Assembly: GCA_913057895.1 (NCBI GenBank) | Contig: CAJXOH010000001.1 | Span: forward strand, 110,584-174,583 | Direction: 5' to 3' | DNA: 64,000 nucleotides | DNA from: an uncultured Bacteroidota bacterium | GTDB taxonomy: Bacteria > Bacteroidota > Rhodothermia > Balneolales > Balneolaceae | Part shown: positions 9,758 through 19,002 of the stretch, in pieces | Numbering within the stretch: the first letter of the stretch is position 1 | How the letters are laid out: every line of letters starts with the position of its first letter | The notes under the pieces: generated by a model | The model's database searches: none | What the model was told of the DNA's origin: nothing | Seen by the model: only the letters and a program-made list of their open reading frames with translations | Position numbers and translations under genes: made by a program

Positions 9758-11143
9758 GTGTTTATGAATTACTATCGAATTACACCCTTATCCTGGATTC
9801 TAGGTTTTCTATGTCTCGCAATCTTTGGAGTCAATGATGCATATAGTCAACAATCAGGTAAAGAGGCTGATCGTATCGTTGCGATTGTTAATGACGAAAT
9901 CATTCTGAAGTCTGAAGTAGATCAAGAGTTGGCTCAATATATCCAACAAGTTAGACTTCAAGGTCAAGATATCTCGTTTTCAGAAAGACTGTGGAAGGAC
10001 GCGCTAGAATCAATGATTGACAATAAAGTAATGCTGATTCAAGCGCAGAAAGATTCTGTTGTAGTCACAAATGAGCAAGTGAATCGCCAAATGGATGTTC
10101 GTGTACAAGAATTGATTCAACAAGCTGGTTCTGAAGCGGCGTTGGAAAGAGCATTTGGTAAGTCGGTTGCTGAATTGCGTAGGGAATTCCGAGAGCCATT
10201 TAGAGAGCAGTTGGTCGTATCACAACTGCAATCACAAGTCATGGGAGAAGTGACCATCACTAGACCTGAGGTTGAAGCTTTCTTTGCAACGTTTCCAGAG
10301 GATTCATTGCCGACCATTCCTGAACAAGTTGCACTGTCACAAATTGTGTTGATCCCTGAGATATCTCAAGATGCACGCCAAAGTGCGCTTGATCGAGCCA
10401 AGATGGTTCGAGAAAGAATAATGGCAGGTGAGTCCTTTGAAGAGATGGCTCAAGAATTTAGTGATGGTCCTAGCGCACCGCGTGGTGGGTTAATTCCAAT
10501 GCTCCCACTCTCTGATTTGGTAAGTGAGTACGCTGCAGCTGCTTCTGCCCTACAACCTGGAGAGATCTCGGAGGTTGTTGAAACAAGCTTCGGCTTTCAT
10601 GTGATTCGTCTCAACAAAAAAGAGGGCAATCGTATTGAAACCAACAATATTTTAATCTCTGTAGATCAAGCAACAATTGACGAGCAAAGCACCATTGACT
10701 CATTGATGACCATTCGACAAAACGTAATGGATGGCACCTACGGATTCTCTGATGCAGCACGCGCGTATTCAGATGATGAAGAATCTTCAAATGCTGGTGG
10801 TCGCCTATACAACCCACAGTCAGGAGATCGATTTTATGTATTACAAACCTTAGACCCATCTACATACCGTACAGTACTACTGCTAGATAATGAGGGGGAT
10901 ATATCAGAGCCTAAACCCATCGTATTACCTGATGCGAATGAGACACAAGCTTATCGTATCGTTAGGCTTGATGAACGCATTGAAGAGCATACAGCAAATC
11001 TGGAACAGGACTATCAACGAATCGAGCAAATTGCTTTGCAACAAAAGCAGACTGAAGAGCTCACAATATGGTTGAGCGAAATACGAGATAATGTGTATAT
11101 CGAGTATATAGGAGTACCCGAAGCTCTATCTTCTACACAGTAA
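9758..11143 (+). CDS. SurA-like periplasmic chaperone / peptidyl-prolyl isomerase
   Basis: 461 aa with a signal peptide. It has a SurA_N-like start (DRIVAIVNDEIILKSEVDQE) and a parvulin core (FSDGPSAPRGGL...FGFHVIRLNKK). The start is GTG at 9758 or ATG at 9764. Confidence 0.8.
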   Translation: MFMNYYRITPLSWILGFLCLAIFGVNDAYSQQSGKEADRIVAIVNDEIILKSEVDQELAQYIQQVRLQGQDISFSERLWKDALESMIDNKVMLIQAQKDSVVVTNEQVNRQMDVRVQELIQQAGSEAALERAFGKSVAELRREFREPFREQLVVSQLQSQVMGEVTITRPEVEAFFATFPEDSLPTIPEQVALSQIVLIPEISQDARQSALDRAKMVRERIMAGESFEEMAQEFSDGPSAPRGGLIPMLPLSDLVSEYAAAASALQPGEISEVVETSFGFHVIRLNKKEGNRIETNNILISVDQATIDEQSTIDSLMTIRQNVMDGTYGFSDAARAYSDDEESSNAGGRLYNPQSGDRFYVLQTLDPSTYRTVLLLDNEGDISEPKPIVLPDANETQAYRIVRLDERIEEHTANLEQDYQRIEQIALQQKQTEELTIWLSEIRDNVYIEYIGVPEALSSTQ

Positions 11144-11147
11144 GATC

Positions 11148-11633
11148 ATGCTGAATGGCATGGAGTTCCACCATAAGTTTATGAAGCAAGCCCTTGATTG
11201 CGCGCTGCTAGCACTTCAGTCTGGAGATGTCCCCATTGGTGCGGTAGTTGTCCATGAGGGTCGCGTGGTTGGTAAGGGTTGGAATCAAGTTGAAAAACTC
11301 AAGGACGTAACAGCACATGCAGAGATACTAGCTATGTCGAGTGCGAGTGATGCCTTGCAAGATAAATACCTGTCCACCTGCTCGTTATACGTGACCGTCG
11401 AACCTTGCACAATGTGTGCAGGAGCCATTGAGCTTGCACGTGTTTCAAGAGTATTCTATGGTGCTCATGAACCCAAAACAGGTGCATGTGGGTCCATTCG
11501 ATCGATACTTGGGTCAACAAAGAATACAGGATCCTCTGTAGAAGAAGTATATGGTGGAATTATGGAAGAGGAATGTGCCTCACTGTTGACAAGATTCTTT
11601 CAAGGGCTCCGATCTGAATCCAAAAAGGACTAG
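11148..11633 (+). CDS. tadA: tRNA adenosine(34) deaminase
   Basis: 161 aa. CDA zinc motifs HAEILAM and VEPCTMCAGAI. Confidence 0.9.
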   Translation: MLNGMEFHHKFMKQALDCALLALQSGDVPIGAVVVHEGRVVGKGWNQVEKLKDVTAHAEILAMSSASDALQDKYLSTCSLYVTVEPCTMCAGAIELARVSRVFYGAHEPKTGACGSIRSILGSTKNTGSSVEEVYGGIMEEECASLLTRFFQGLRSESKKD

Positions 11634-11634
11634 T

Positions 11635-12444
11635 ATGGAGTTATTGCACCATTCTGTTCACAAAGTATCAGATCGCCACGAGTGGATTCTTTTTTTGCAT
11701 GGTGCAGGTGGATCTTCACGACTTTGGACTCAACATGTAAAAGCATTCAAAGATCGTTTTAATCTACTCCTTATAGATTTGAGAGGACACGGAAAATCCA
11801 AATTACCTACATCTGATTCACCTTATACCCTCGATTTATTAACACAAGACGTGACACAAGTCATGGATGCATGTGGTGTCAGAAGTGCTCATGTCGTAGG
11901 GATATCTCTTGGGGCGATATTACAACGATGGATGGTACACCGAGTTCCTGAAAGAGTACACTCCTTAGTTATGGTTGGAGCAATTACACGTTTTGACCAG
12001 TGGACATGGACATTGGTTCATTTCGGCCATGCTGTAAAATCATGGATACCTTTTTTGACCCTTTATCGTCTTTTTGCCTGGATTATTATGCCAAAAAGGA
12101 ATCATAAAGCAACACGTCGATTATTTGTCAGAGAGGCCAAAAAAATGAGCCAACAAGAGTTTCTACGATGGTTCGAACTTACCAAGAGAGTGCCAGCTGC
12201 CTTTAAACTCTTTCGAGATGTTGAGATTCCCAGACCTACCCTTTTCATCATGGGAGAAGAAGATCATCTATTTTTGAAACACATAAAAAGATTGGTTTCC
12301 ATCTATCCATCCTATGGATTAGAGGTGTTTGCAGAATGTGGCCATGTTTGTAGTGTGGAGAATCCTAGACGTTTTGATCAACGCACACTCGCATTCTATG
12401 AATCTCTACGCTCTGACTTACCAAAACGTAGTTTTCCAGGTTAG
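11635..12444 (+). CDS. alpha/beta hydrolase
   Basis: 269 aa. It has the HG oxyanion motif (FLHGAGGSS), nucleophile elbow GISLG and a C-terminal CGH. Confidence 0.8.
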   Translation: MELLHHSVHKVSDRHEWILFLHGAGGSSRLWTQHVKAFKDRFNLLLIDLRGHGKSKLPTSDSPYTLDLLTQDVTQVMDACGVRSAHVVGISLGAILQRWMVHRVPERVHSLVMVGAITRFDQWTWTLVHFGHAVKSWIPFLTLYRLFAWIIMPKRNHKATRRLFVREAKKMSQQEFLRWFELTKRVPAAFKLFRDVEIPRPTLFIMGEEDHLFLKHIKRLVSIYPSYGLEVFAECGHVCSVENPRRFDQRTLAFYESLRSDLPKRSFPG

Positions 12445-13536
12445 GTTGTAGAAAAAGCGACTCTTTTGAACCCAGTTAGCCTTTCGACCTCGTTTTCGCA
12501 AGCGCAAATTAATAAGAGGCCAACTAGCTTTACGTACAATTCTAGCTGGTACAATGTATTCGCTTATACCAATCGTTTGCTGATCAGCCCAAGTTACCTT
12601 CGAGTGGAATCTCTGATAAAAGGGTCCATTATCACTAAGTGTTTGTCTTGCAAGTGTGAGCTTCTCTCCTGATTCAGTCTGAATAATCAATGATTTAAGA
12701 TTTTTGAGCCCAAAAAACGATCGATTGAGGTAAGGAGTGATGTAGACGTCTTTTGTGAACTCAACCACTCCGGTTGAGCCATTCGAAACCCAAGCCCCCC
12801 CTGTCAAGGATCCATTGAGTTGCTTCATCACGTAATACAACAAAAATGAACCATTCTCAAAATGCGCTCTACCCCAATGCCAATCTTGAAATGACTGATC
12901 CATAGGTTCCAACCCTACGTTATGGTCATGATATCCATTGCCCTCAAAATCAATGTGTTGTGGTTCTTTTCCTCCAATGGTTAGCCTCGATTCAACGCTT
13001 GCCGCTTCCATGCACAAAATCCATGAATGTGCTCCTAAATTATCTTGAGTTGGATCGATGAATGAACGAACAGGTTCATCATGTGTGGTCGTGTAGATAA
13101 TGGTGCCATGTAAAGACTCACCACTTGATAATCGATCGTCGAGTTGAATCTCCGCTCGAAATTCATGTCTACTACGAATAAGTGAAACGGTATGGGACCC
13201 AAATGTCAGGGTGATATCGTGAGTCTGCATGGAGGAATCCAAAGCAAAATCATTTGGCTCATATTCCTGGAAGGAATAGTAGATTGGGCGTCCGTGCTTA
13301 TAAATGGACAAGGTTACTGCTGGGTAATCCTGAGGCATGGGTCCAGGTGTATCCTCAGAACCCTTAGCTTGCATCGCACCATGGTAATGTGGTGAAAATG
13401 GGTTTCCTTCATAAAAAATAAGTACGAAACTCCACGTTTTACATGTAGAAATCGCGTCAAAATACCACCACTCATAGCCACCAGAGGGTTTACTCTGCTT
13501 TTGTAGATCCAGCAATTGATTGGATAAAATCTGCAT
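12418..13536 (-). CDS. CrtC-like carotenoid 1,2-hydratase / AttH lipocalin-like family protein
   Basis: 372 aa. The N-terminal GGYEWWYFDA motif is as recalled for hydroxyneurosporene synthase (CrtC) family proteins. The remainder looks beta-rich. Confidence 0.5.
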   Translation of the reverse strand: MQILSNQLLDLQKQSKPSGGYEWWYFDAISTCKTWSFVLIFYEGNPFSPHYHGAMQAKGSEDTPGPMPQDYPAVTLSIYKHGRPIYYSFQEYEPNDFALDSSMQTHDITLTFGSHTVSLIRSRHEFRAEIQLDDRLSSGESLHGTIIYTTTHDEPVRSFIDPTQDNLGAHSWILCMEAASVESRLTIGGKEPQHIDFEGNGYHDHNVGLEPMDQSFQDWHWGRAHFENGSFLLYYVMKQLNGSLTGGAWVSNGSTGVVEFTKDVYITPYLNRSFFGLKNLKSLIIQTESGEKLTLARQTLSDNGPFYQRFHSKVTWADQQTIGISEYIVPARIVRKASWPLINLRLRKRGRKANWVQKSRFFYNLTWKTTFW

Positions 13537-13577
13537 CTTTTGCTAAACAAGATCTTTCATGAGTTCATTCAATCGAG

Positions 13578-14801
13578 GTGAGTTATGTGTATTTTACACA
13601 CATGCCAATAGATTCTATCTACCCTATTGTTGAGAATCTACTCTATGTAGCAGTTGTTGCCATTCTGGTTTCATGGGGTCACTATTTACGAAATATTTTC
13701 GACTTTAAACGATTCCCAGAGGTTGAGCCAACGCAAGAGAGTTCAGATACGTCTCAAATTACGTTCTGTATTCCAGCCAGAAATGAAGCTCACAATCTTC
13801 AAAAGCACCTCCCACAATTTTGTGCTACTGGAGCCGAAGTGATTGTTGTCGATGATGAGTCCACGGATGAGACACAAACGGTACTACAGGAGTTAAAACG
13901 TCAATTCTCTACTCTTACGATCATTCATAGTGCAGAACGCCCTGCAGGGTGGTTAGGTAAGTCTTGGGCATGCCAACAAGCTGCTTCGCATGCTACTACG
14001 CCTTGGATTTGCTTTGTCGATGCTGATGTATGGTGCTCCGAGACATTTTTGGACAGGTTTGTACGCTATTTTGGTTCTTCATCAGCCCCTAAGACAGGAC
14101 TCATCACAATATGGCCTCAGCAAGTTGTAAAGTCATTTTGGGAGGTTGTGGTCATCCCTCATGTTTATGTAGCACTACTCACATTTCTTCCCATTCGATA
14201 TCAAAGACGCAAACCCAGGTGGATGCCGCCAGGAATTTATTCAAGAGTTGCACCTGAGTTTGCGGCGGCGAATGGTCAATGGATGACCTTCCATAAGGAT
14301 ACATATCAATCCATCGGTGGGCATGAATCCGTTCGAACGCGTATTGTGGAGGATGTAGAACTAGCAAAACGTGTTCTACATTCCGGACATCCACTTACTA
14401 TGTATAATGGTGTTAAGGATGTGTATTGCAGGATGTATCAAACGCCACATCAAATGTGGAATGGTTTCATGAAGAATTTCTTTGCCGGTTTTGGTTATAA
14501 TGTCCCTCTATTTTTGTTCATGGGAATCTATCATGCCGTCGTCTACCTCCTACCTCCTCTCGTTCTACTGATTGGTGTTGTCTTTCCTCCACCACTTCCT
14601 ATTTTCTTATCAGCCGTGTTGGCTAGTTTTTTGGCTATTCTGTATAGAGCTACAGTGAATGGTCGACAACAGTGGCCTATACTAAGTAGCCCTCTCCATT
14701 TTCTAGGAGTCCTATGGTTTGAAGCTCTGGCTATTCAAATCTTGTGGAATACGGCTAGAGGTAAACCGACAGAGTGGAAGGGTCGAAAAATTGAGTTGTA
14801 A
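13578..14801 (+). CDS. membrane-anchored family-2 glycosyltransferase (CrtQ/HpnI-like architecture)
   Basis: 407 aa. GT-A motifs are present (FCIPARNEA, VIVVDDESTDET, CFVDADVW) plus about four C-terminal TM helices. The start is ambiguous (GTG 13578, GTG 13587 or ATG 13602). Confidence 0.8.
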   Translation: MSYVYFTHMPIDSIYPIVENLLYVAVVAILVSWGHYLRNIFDFKRFPEVEPTQESSDTSQITFCIPARNEAHNLQKHLPQFCATGAEVIVVDDESTDETQTVLQELKRQFSTLTIIHSAERPAGWLGKSWACQQAASHATTPWICFVDADVWCSETFLDRFVRYFGSSSAPKTGLITIWPQQVVKSFWEVVVIPHVYVALLTFLPIRYQRRKPRWMPPGIYSRVAPEFAAANGQWMTFHKDTYQSIGGHESVRTRIVEDVELAKRVLHSGHPLTMYNGVKDVYCRMYQTPHQMWNGFMKNFFAGFGYNVPLFLFMGIYHAVVYLLPPLVLLIGVVFPPPLPIFLSAVLASFLAILYRATVNGRQQWPILSSPLHFLGVLWFEALAIQILWNTARGKPTEWKGRKIEL

Positions 14802-14829
14802 CTGAATCAAAAGGCAAACATATTGAGGG

Positions 14830-15786
14830 ATGGATTCTCTCTTTTCCTTTTTAAGCTATTTAAGGATTGAACGTAATTCTTCGGTTCATACCAAGAACGC
14901 GTACGAACGAGATATTCGACAGTTTCTAGGGTTTCTCGCCCATTCACTGGACAAAGAAGAAAAAGAGCTTACAGACCAAGATTTGGAGGCCACACCCTCA
15001 ATTACCTTACGCATGTGGCTTCATTCACTGCTTGAACAGGGGCTTAAAAAAACAACCATTGCACGAAAAGCCTCTAGCCTCAAATCGTACTTTGCCTATC
15101 TCCAAAAACGAGAATACATAGATCGGAATCCTACAGAGGCACTTTTATTACCCAAAAAGGAAAAACGTCTACCAGTCGTTATTAGTGATGAAGAAATGAC
15201 CCAATGTCTTGACGCCTTGAATGACATATCAGATGACTCCTTTGAAGCAACACAAGAGCGTGCCATCCTTGAATGCCTTTACTCTACTGGTATTAGACTC
15301 AGCGAACTAGTGGGATTAAATGTTGCTGACTACAATGTGCAACAACGACAAATTAAAGTGCTTGGAAAAGGGAATAAAGAACGCGTTCTGCCCATAGGAG
15401 GTAAAGCTGAGGATGCCCTAGAAAAGATGATGCATAAAAGACAGGAATTGGGAGGATCTCTATCTAATGAGGATCCCCTTTTTGTCACTGTAAAAGGAAA
15501 CAGAATTTATCCACGGTATGTGCAACGTTTGGTTAAGGAATACCTAGATCGTGTGAGCGAAGCCACAAAGAAAAGTCCTCATGTCATTCGGCATAGTTTT
15601 GCCACTAGAATGCTTGATCGCGGGGCTGATATTCGAATCATTAAAGAATTTCTTGGTCATGCAAGTTTATCAGCAACACAGATTTACACGCACACGAGTG
15701 TAGAGCATCTTAAATCCATTCATGCAAAGGCACACCCTAGGGGTGGATCTTCTAAAGAAGCATCAATACAAGACTCTATATCGTAA
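14830..15786 (+). CDS. xerC: site-specific tyrosine recombinase XerC/XerD
   Basis: 318 aa. It has an N-terminal SAM-like domain and the catalytic R...HxxR...Y region (HVIRHSFATRML...GHASLSATQIYTH). Confidence 0.88.
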   Translation: MDSLFSFLSYLRIERNSSVHTKNAYERDIRQFLGFLAHSLDKEEKELTDQDLEATPSITLRMWLHSLLEQGLKKTTIARKASSLKSYFAYLQKREYIDRNPTEALLLPKKEKRLPVVISDEEMTQCLDALNDISDDSFEATQERAILECLYSTGIRLSELVGLNVADYNVQQRQIKVLGKGNKERVLPIGGKAEDALEKMMHKRQELGGSLSNEDPLFVTVKGNRIYPRYVQRLVKEYLDRVSEATKKSPHVIRHSFATRMLDRGADIRIIKEFLGHASLSATQIYTHTSVEHLKSIHAKAHPRGGSSKEASIQDSIS

Positions 15787-15848
15787 TCTGTATGAGACCA
15801 GCCTTATAAACGTCAAACGATGTCAACATTAACCTAACCCAATCTCCT

Positions 15849-16145
15849 ATGAGCACTCAGTTTACTGCAAGACATTTTCATCCATCCACACAATTAAAGG
15901 AATTCACACTGGATGCAGTCGATAAAATACATACGTTTCATAGTGAAATCTCTTCCATAGAAGTTGTCTTAGAACCTGGACAGGACGCAGATGCACCCCA
16001 AAAAGTGGATCTCAGAGTGAAGATACCAGGGGATTATCTAACAGCTACAGTTGAGGACGAAAGCTATGAGAAAGCAGTGTTGGAGGCAGTAGATTTGATG
16101 ACAAGACAATTGCGTAAATTTAAGACCAAACACGCGACACATTAA
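15849..16145 (+). CDS. hpf: ribosome hibernation promoting factor / RaiA (short form)
   Basis: 98 aa, of HPF/YfiA size. Pattern: TARHFHPSTQLKEF...KAVLEAVDLMTRQLRKFK. Confidence 0.8.
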   Translation: MSTQFTARHFHPSTQLKEFTLDAVDKIHTFHSEISSIEVVLEPGQDADAPQKVDLRVKIPGDYLTATVEDESYEKAVLEAVDLMTRQLRKFKTKHATH

Positions 16146-16153
16146 TCCCAACT

Positions 16154-17206
16154 ATGCCACTACGTGTCCCCCCTTCTCGTCCGAAACGAGAGTCCATGAC
16201 TGTTGCAGAATTGACCCAAGATTTAAAAGAATTGGTCAATATAGATATCCGACTTTGCACAGATGAATCAAGGTGCCAGGCAAAGCAAATAACCGAATGT
16301 ACGCTTCATCGTCCAGGTCTTGCCTTAGCAGGCTTTGTAGAAACGTTCACGCATCAACGGATTCAAATTCTTGGCAATACGGAGATTGAATATCTATTAC
16401 ATCTTCCAAAAGAAGAATCTCGTGACCGATTCAAGCATGTTTGCTCCTTCGAAAGCCCTGCAATTATTCTAACCAGTGGAAATGAACTTCCAGCTGATTT
16501 ACTGCATGAAGCAGATTTACAAGGAATCCCCGTACTGTCCACGAATCTGGAGACAACTCGTTTTATGTCCATTCTTCAAGATTATATGGACGATCAATTT
16601 GCAGATCAAACCATGATCCATGGTAGTATGGTCGATGTATATGGGATTGGGTTACTTATTGCTGGCAAATCAGGGATAGGTAAGAGTGAAGTAGCGATGG
16701 ATCTTGTGGAACGTGGGCATCGTTTGGTCTCTGATGATGTTGTCATGCTTACTAGGAAGAATTCTGTGATCATGACCTCTGCTACAGAGATGAACAAACA
16801 TTTCATGGAAATCAGAGGTCTTGGGGTCGTTGATGTGCTATCAATGTTTGGAATACGATCTATTCGATATCAAAAAAGACTTGAAGTTGTGGTTGAGTTA
16901 AATCTCTGGGATGATGAACAGAAAGTTGAGCGAACGGGTCTAACAAATGAAACGGTGGACTTAATGGGTATCTCCTTACCCTTAATTCGAGTTCCTATGA
17001 CACCCGGAAAAAATATTACAGTTATTGCTGAAGTGATTGCCATGAATCACCTGCTCAAACATTATGGATATGATGCTGCAAAGGCATTCCAGGCAAAAGT
17101 TCAAACCCAAATAGAGCGTAAAATGAACGGTGAATCGGTTGAATCTGCGCCAACTGCAGGTCGTCCAGGGAGTGCTATCTCCTATTTTGAGGGGGATGTA
17201 GAGTAG
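16154..17206 (+). CDS. hprK: HPr kinase/phosphorylase (long form with N-terminal domain)
   Basis: 350 aa. Signature: HGSMVDVYGIGLLIAGKSGIGKSEVAMDLVERGHRLVSDDVV, followed by EIRGLGVVDV. The start could be the ATG at 16196. Confidence 0.9.
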   Translation: MPLRVPPSRPKRESMTVAELTQDLKELVNIDIRLCTDESRCQAKQITECTLHRPGLALAGFVETFTHQRIQILGNTEIEYLLHLPKEESRDRFKHVCSFESPAIILTSGNELPADLLHEADLQGIPVLSTNLETTRFMSILQDYMDDQFADQTMIHGSMVDVYGIGLLIAGKSGIGKSEVAMDLVERGHRLVSDDVVMLTRKNSVIMTSATEMNKHFMEIRGLGVVDVLSMFGIRSIRYQKRLEVVVELNLWDDEQKVERTGLTNETVDLMGISLPLIRVPMTPGKNITVIAEVIAMNHLLKHYGYDAAKAFQAKVQTQIERKMNGESVESAPTAGRPGSAISYFEGDVE

Positions 17207-17239
17207 CCGATAAAAGATTCGTATCTTTAGCAAACAATT

Positions 17240-18220
17240 GTGGAAATGAATCAGCCCAGACATTACATCTACGACGAAGACGCTTGTCGGTTTGTCCTTG
17301 TAGAGAATAACAAGAGAGAACTATTCCTTCTATCGATGTCCTTATGGATACTCAATGGGATGGTTTTTGGTGCCATCTTTTTATCTCTTATCTCTACATT
17401 TTATGCCACTCCAGCTGAACTAGCTCTCAAAGCAGAAAATGAATTCCTTATCGAAGAAGTTGAGGATTCTAAGGAAACACTGACCAACTTAATGGGCCAG
17501 TTGGATGAACTAGCTGCTCAAGACAATGAGATGTATCGTTCTATTTTAGGCTTGAACGAAATACCAATGGCTGAAAGAAATGCATCTATGGGAGGAGCTA
17601 GACCCCCAGAAATGGAATTATCGGTCTCCCCTTCGACCGCGCAACTTCTTGTTGAAGCCAGACAATCTATCCGCCAAATTGAGCAACGGATTCGTATTCA
17701 GAATGACTCCTACGAAGAGATTAAACGATATTTCAATACTAATTCAGATAAACTCAAGCACATTCCTGCAATTAAACCCGTAGATAACGTCTTGACGAGT
17801 ACGTATGGCATGCGTACACATCCTGTATTAGGGTATAAGCGGATGCACCCAGGTATTGATTTCCGATCCGAAATTGGGTCACCTGTTTATGCAACGGGAA
17901 ATGGTACCGTTACCTCTAGACGATATGCAGGTACGTATGGTCGAATGATTGTGATTGATCATGGGTATGGATTTGAAACAAGGTATGCTCACTTGTCAAG
18001 CTATTCGGAGGGTCTGCAGGAAGGACAACGTGTCAATCGAGGGGACTTGATTGGATATACTGGAAACTCCGGAATGGTTAGCGGTCCGCACCTCCACTAT
18101 GAGGTATTGCGCAATGGAAAACATGTGGACCCACTCCTATATCTGTTTGCCAACACAACACCTGAAGAATTTAAGCTCTACCAAGAGCTTGCGGCAACAG
18201 ATCATGCCTCAATGGACTAA
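17240..18220 (+). CDS. M23 family metallopeptidase (EnvC/MepM-like, TM + coiled coil + LytM domain)
   Basis: 326 aa. LytM motifs HPGIDF and SGPHLHYEV, plus an N-terminal TM helix. Confidence 0.9.
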   Translation: MEMNQPRHYIYDEDACRFVLVENNKRELFLLSMSLWILNGMVFGAIFLSLISTFYATPAELALKAENEFLIEEVEDSKETLTNLMGQLDELAAQDNEMYRSILGLNEIPMAERNASMGGARPPEMELSVSPSTAQLLVEARQSIRQIEQRIRIQNDSYEEIKRYFNTNSDKLKHIPAIKPVDNVLTSTYGMRTHPVLGYKRMHPGIDFRSEIGSPVYATGNGTVTSRRYAGTYGRMIVIDHGYGFETRYAHLSSYSEGLQEGQRVNRGDLIGYTGNSGMVSGPHLHYEVLRNGKHVDPLLYLFANTTPEEFKLYQELAATDHASMD

Positions 18221-18234
18221 GTCCATTTTCTAGG

Positions 18235-18945
18235 TCAAGGCTCATGATCGAGCTTATACCCCTTCCCTCTTATGGTGTGGATATAAGGTTTAGAGGTGAC
18301 TTTGGCTATTTTTTTACGAAGCCCACTTATTGAGACACTTAGAAAATTTGTTTTAGTGTCGAAATGAATTTTCCACACTTCAGCAGTTAACCATTCCTTT
18401 GAACAGAGTTTCTGACTCTGCTTAAGAAAGGTCTTCATTAACTTACTCTCGATTTGTGTAAGACGAATTTGCTTCCCTCCTTTTCCATGCAATACTCCTT
18501 CTTTCGTGTCTAGCATGAGTTCATCAAATGAGTATTTCTTTGCAGATTGATTCTTTTTTTCGAGCTGAATGTATTCAAGAACTTTTTCACGAATAGAATG
18601 GCTTGAGTATGGCTTTACACACAAATCATCTGCCCCTGCCTTGAGGGATTTTACTCGACCTTGAGTGGTTGAATCTGGCGAGGCTAGTAGTAAAAAACCT
18701 TTGTACCCATTATCACGAAGATGGCGACACATGCGACGTGAGTGACTCACTTCCGACCCACCATCAATAAATACGATATCGGGGCATTCATTGGGTGAAA
18801 GTGCTGTAAAATCGATGTCCTCTAGTTCGAATGGAGAGTGGGTGCTAATTACGCATTCTTTGTGTTCGAGTGTCTTGGCCAACGAATCTAAAGAGACTGT
18901 TGGATAAGGGATAAGCCAACATTGAATCATGCTAGGAGGCGTCAT
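18235..18945 (-). CDS. OmpR/PhoB-type winged-helix response regulator with an atypical receiver domain
   Basis: 236 aa. The C-terminal trans_reg_C pattern is present (IRLTQIESKLMKTFL...VSISGLRKKI...IHTIRGKGYKL). The receiver keeps a candidate acceptor Asp (VFIDGG), S (LLLASP) and K (VKPY). It lacks the N-terminal acidic DD pair (CWLIPYPTV instead). Confidence 0.7.
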   Translation of the reverse strand: MTPPSMIQCWLIPYPTVSLDSLAKTLEHKECVISTHSPFELEDIDFTALSPNECPDIVFIDGGSEVSHSRRMCRHLRDNGYKGFLLLASPDSTTQGRVKSLKAGADDLCVKPYSSHSIREKVLEYIQLEKKNQSAKKYSFDELMLDTKEGVLHGKGGKQIRLTQIESKLMKTFLKQSQKLCSKEWLTAEVWKIHFDTKTNFLSVSISGLRKKIAKVTSKPYIHTIRGKGYKLDHEP

Positions 18946-19002
18946 TCAGAATCGAGAAATATTCACGAATTTCATGCGTTTTAATTCAACCCTTAACATA
19001 CA

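Noticed and set aside
14830-15786. The tyrosine recombinase as a marker of an integrated mobile element.
   Set aside because: It is flanked by housekeeping genes (a GT2 gene, hpf, hprK). There is no adjacent tRNA, direct repeats, or excisionase or phage/conjugation genes. The sequence has the XerC/D-type layout.
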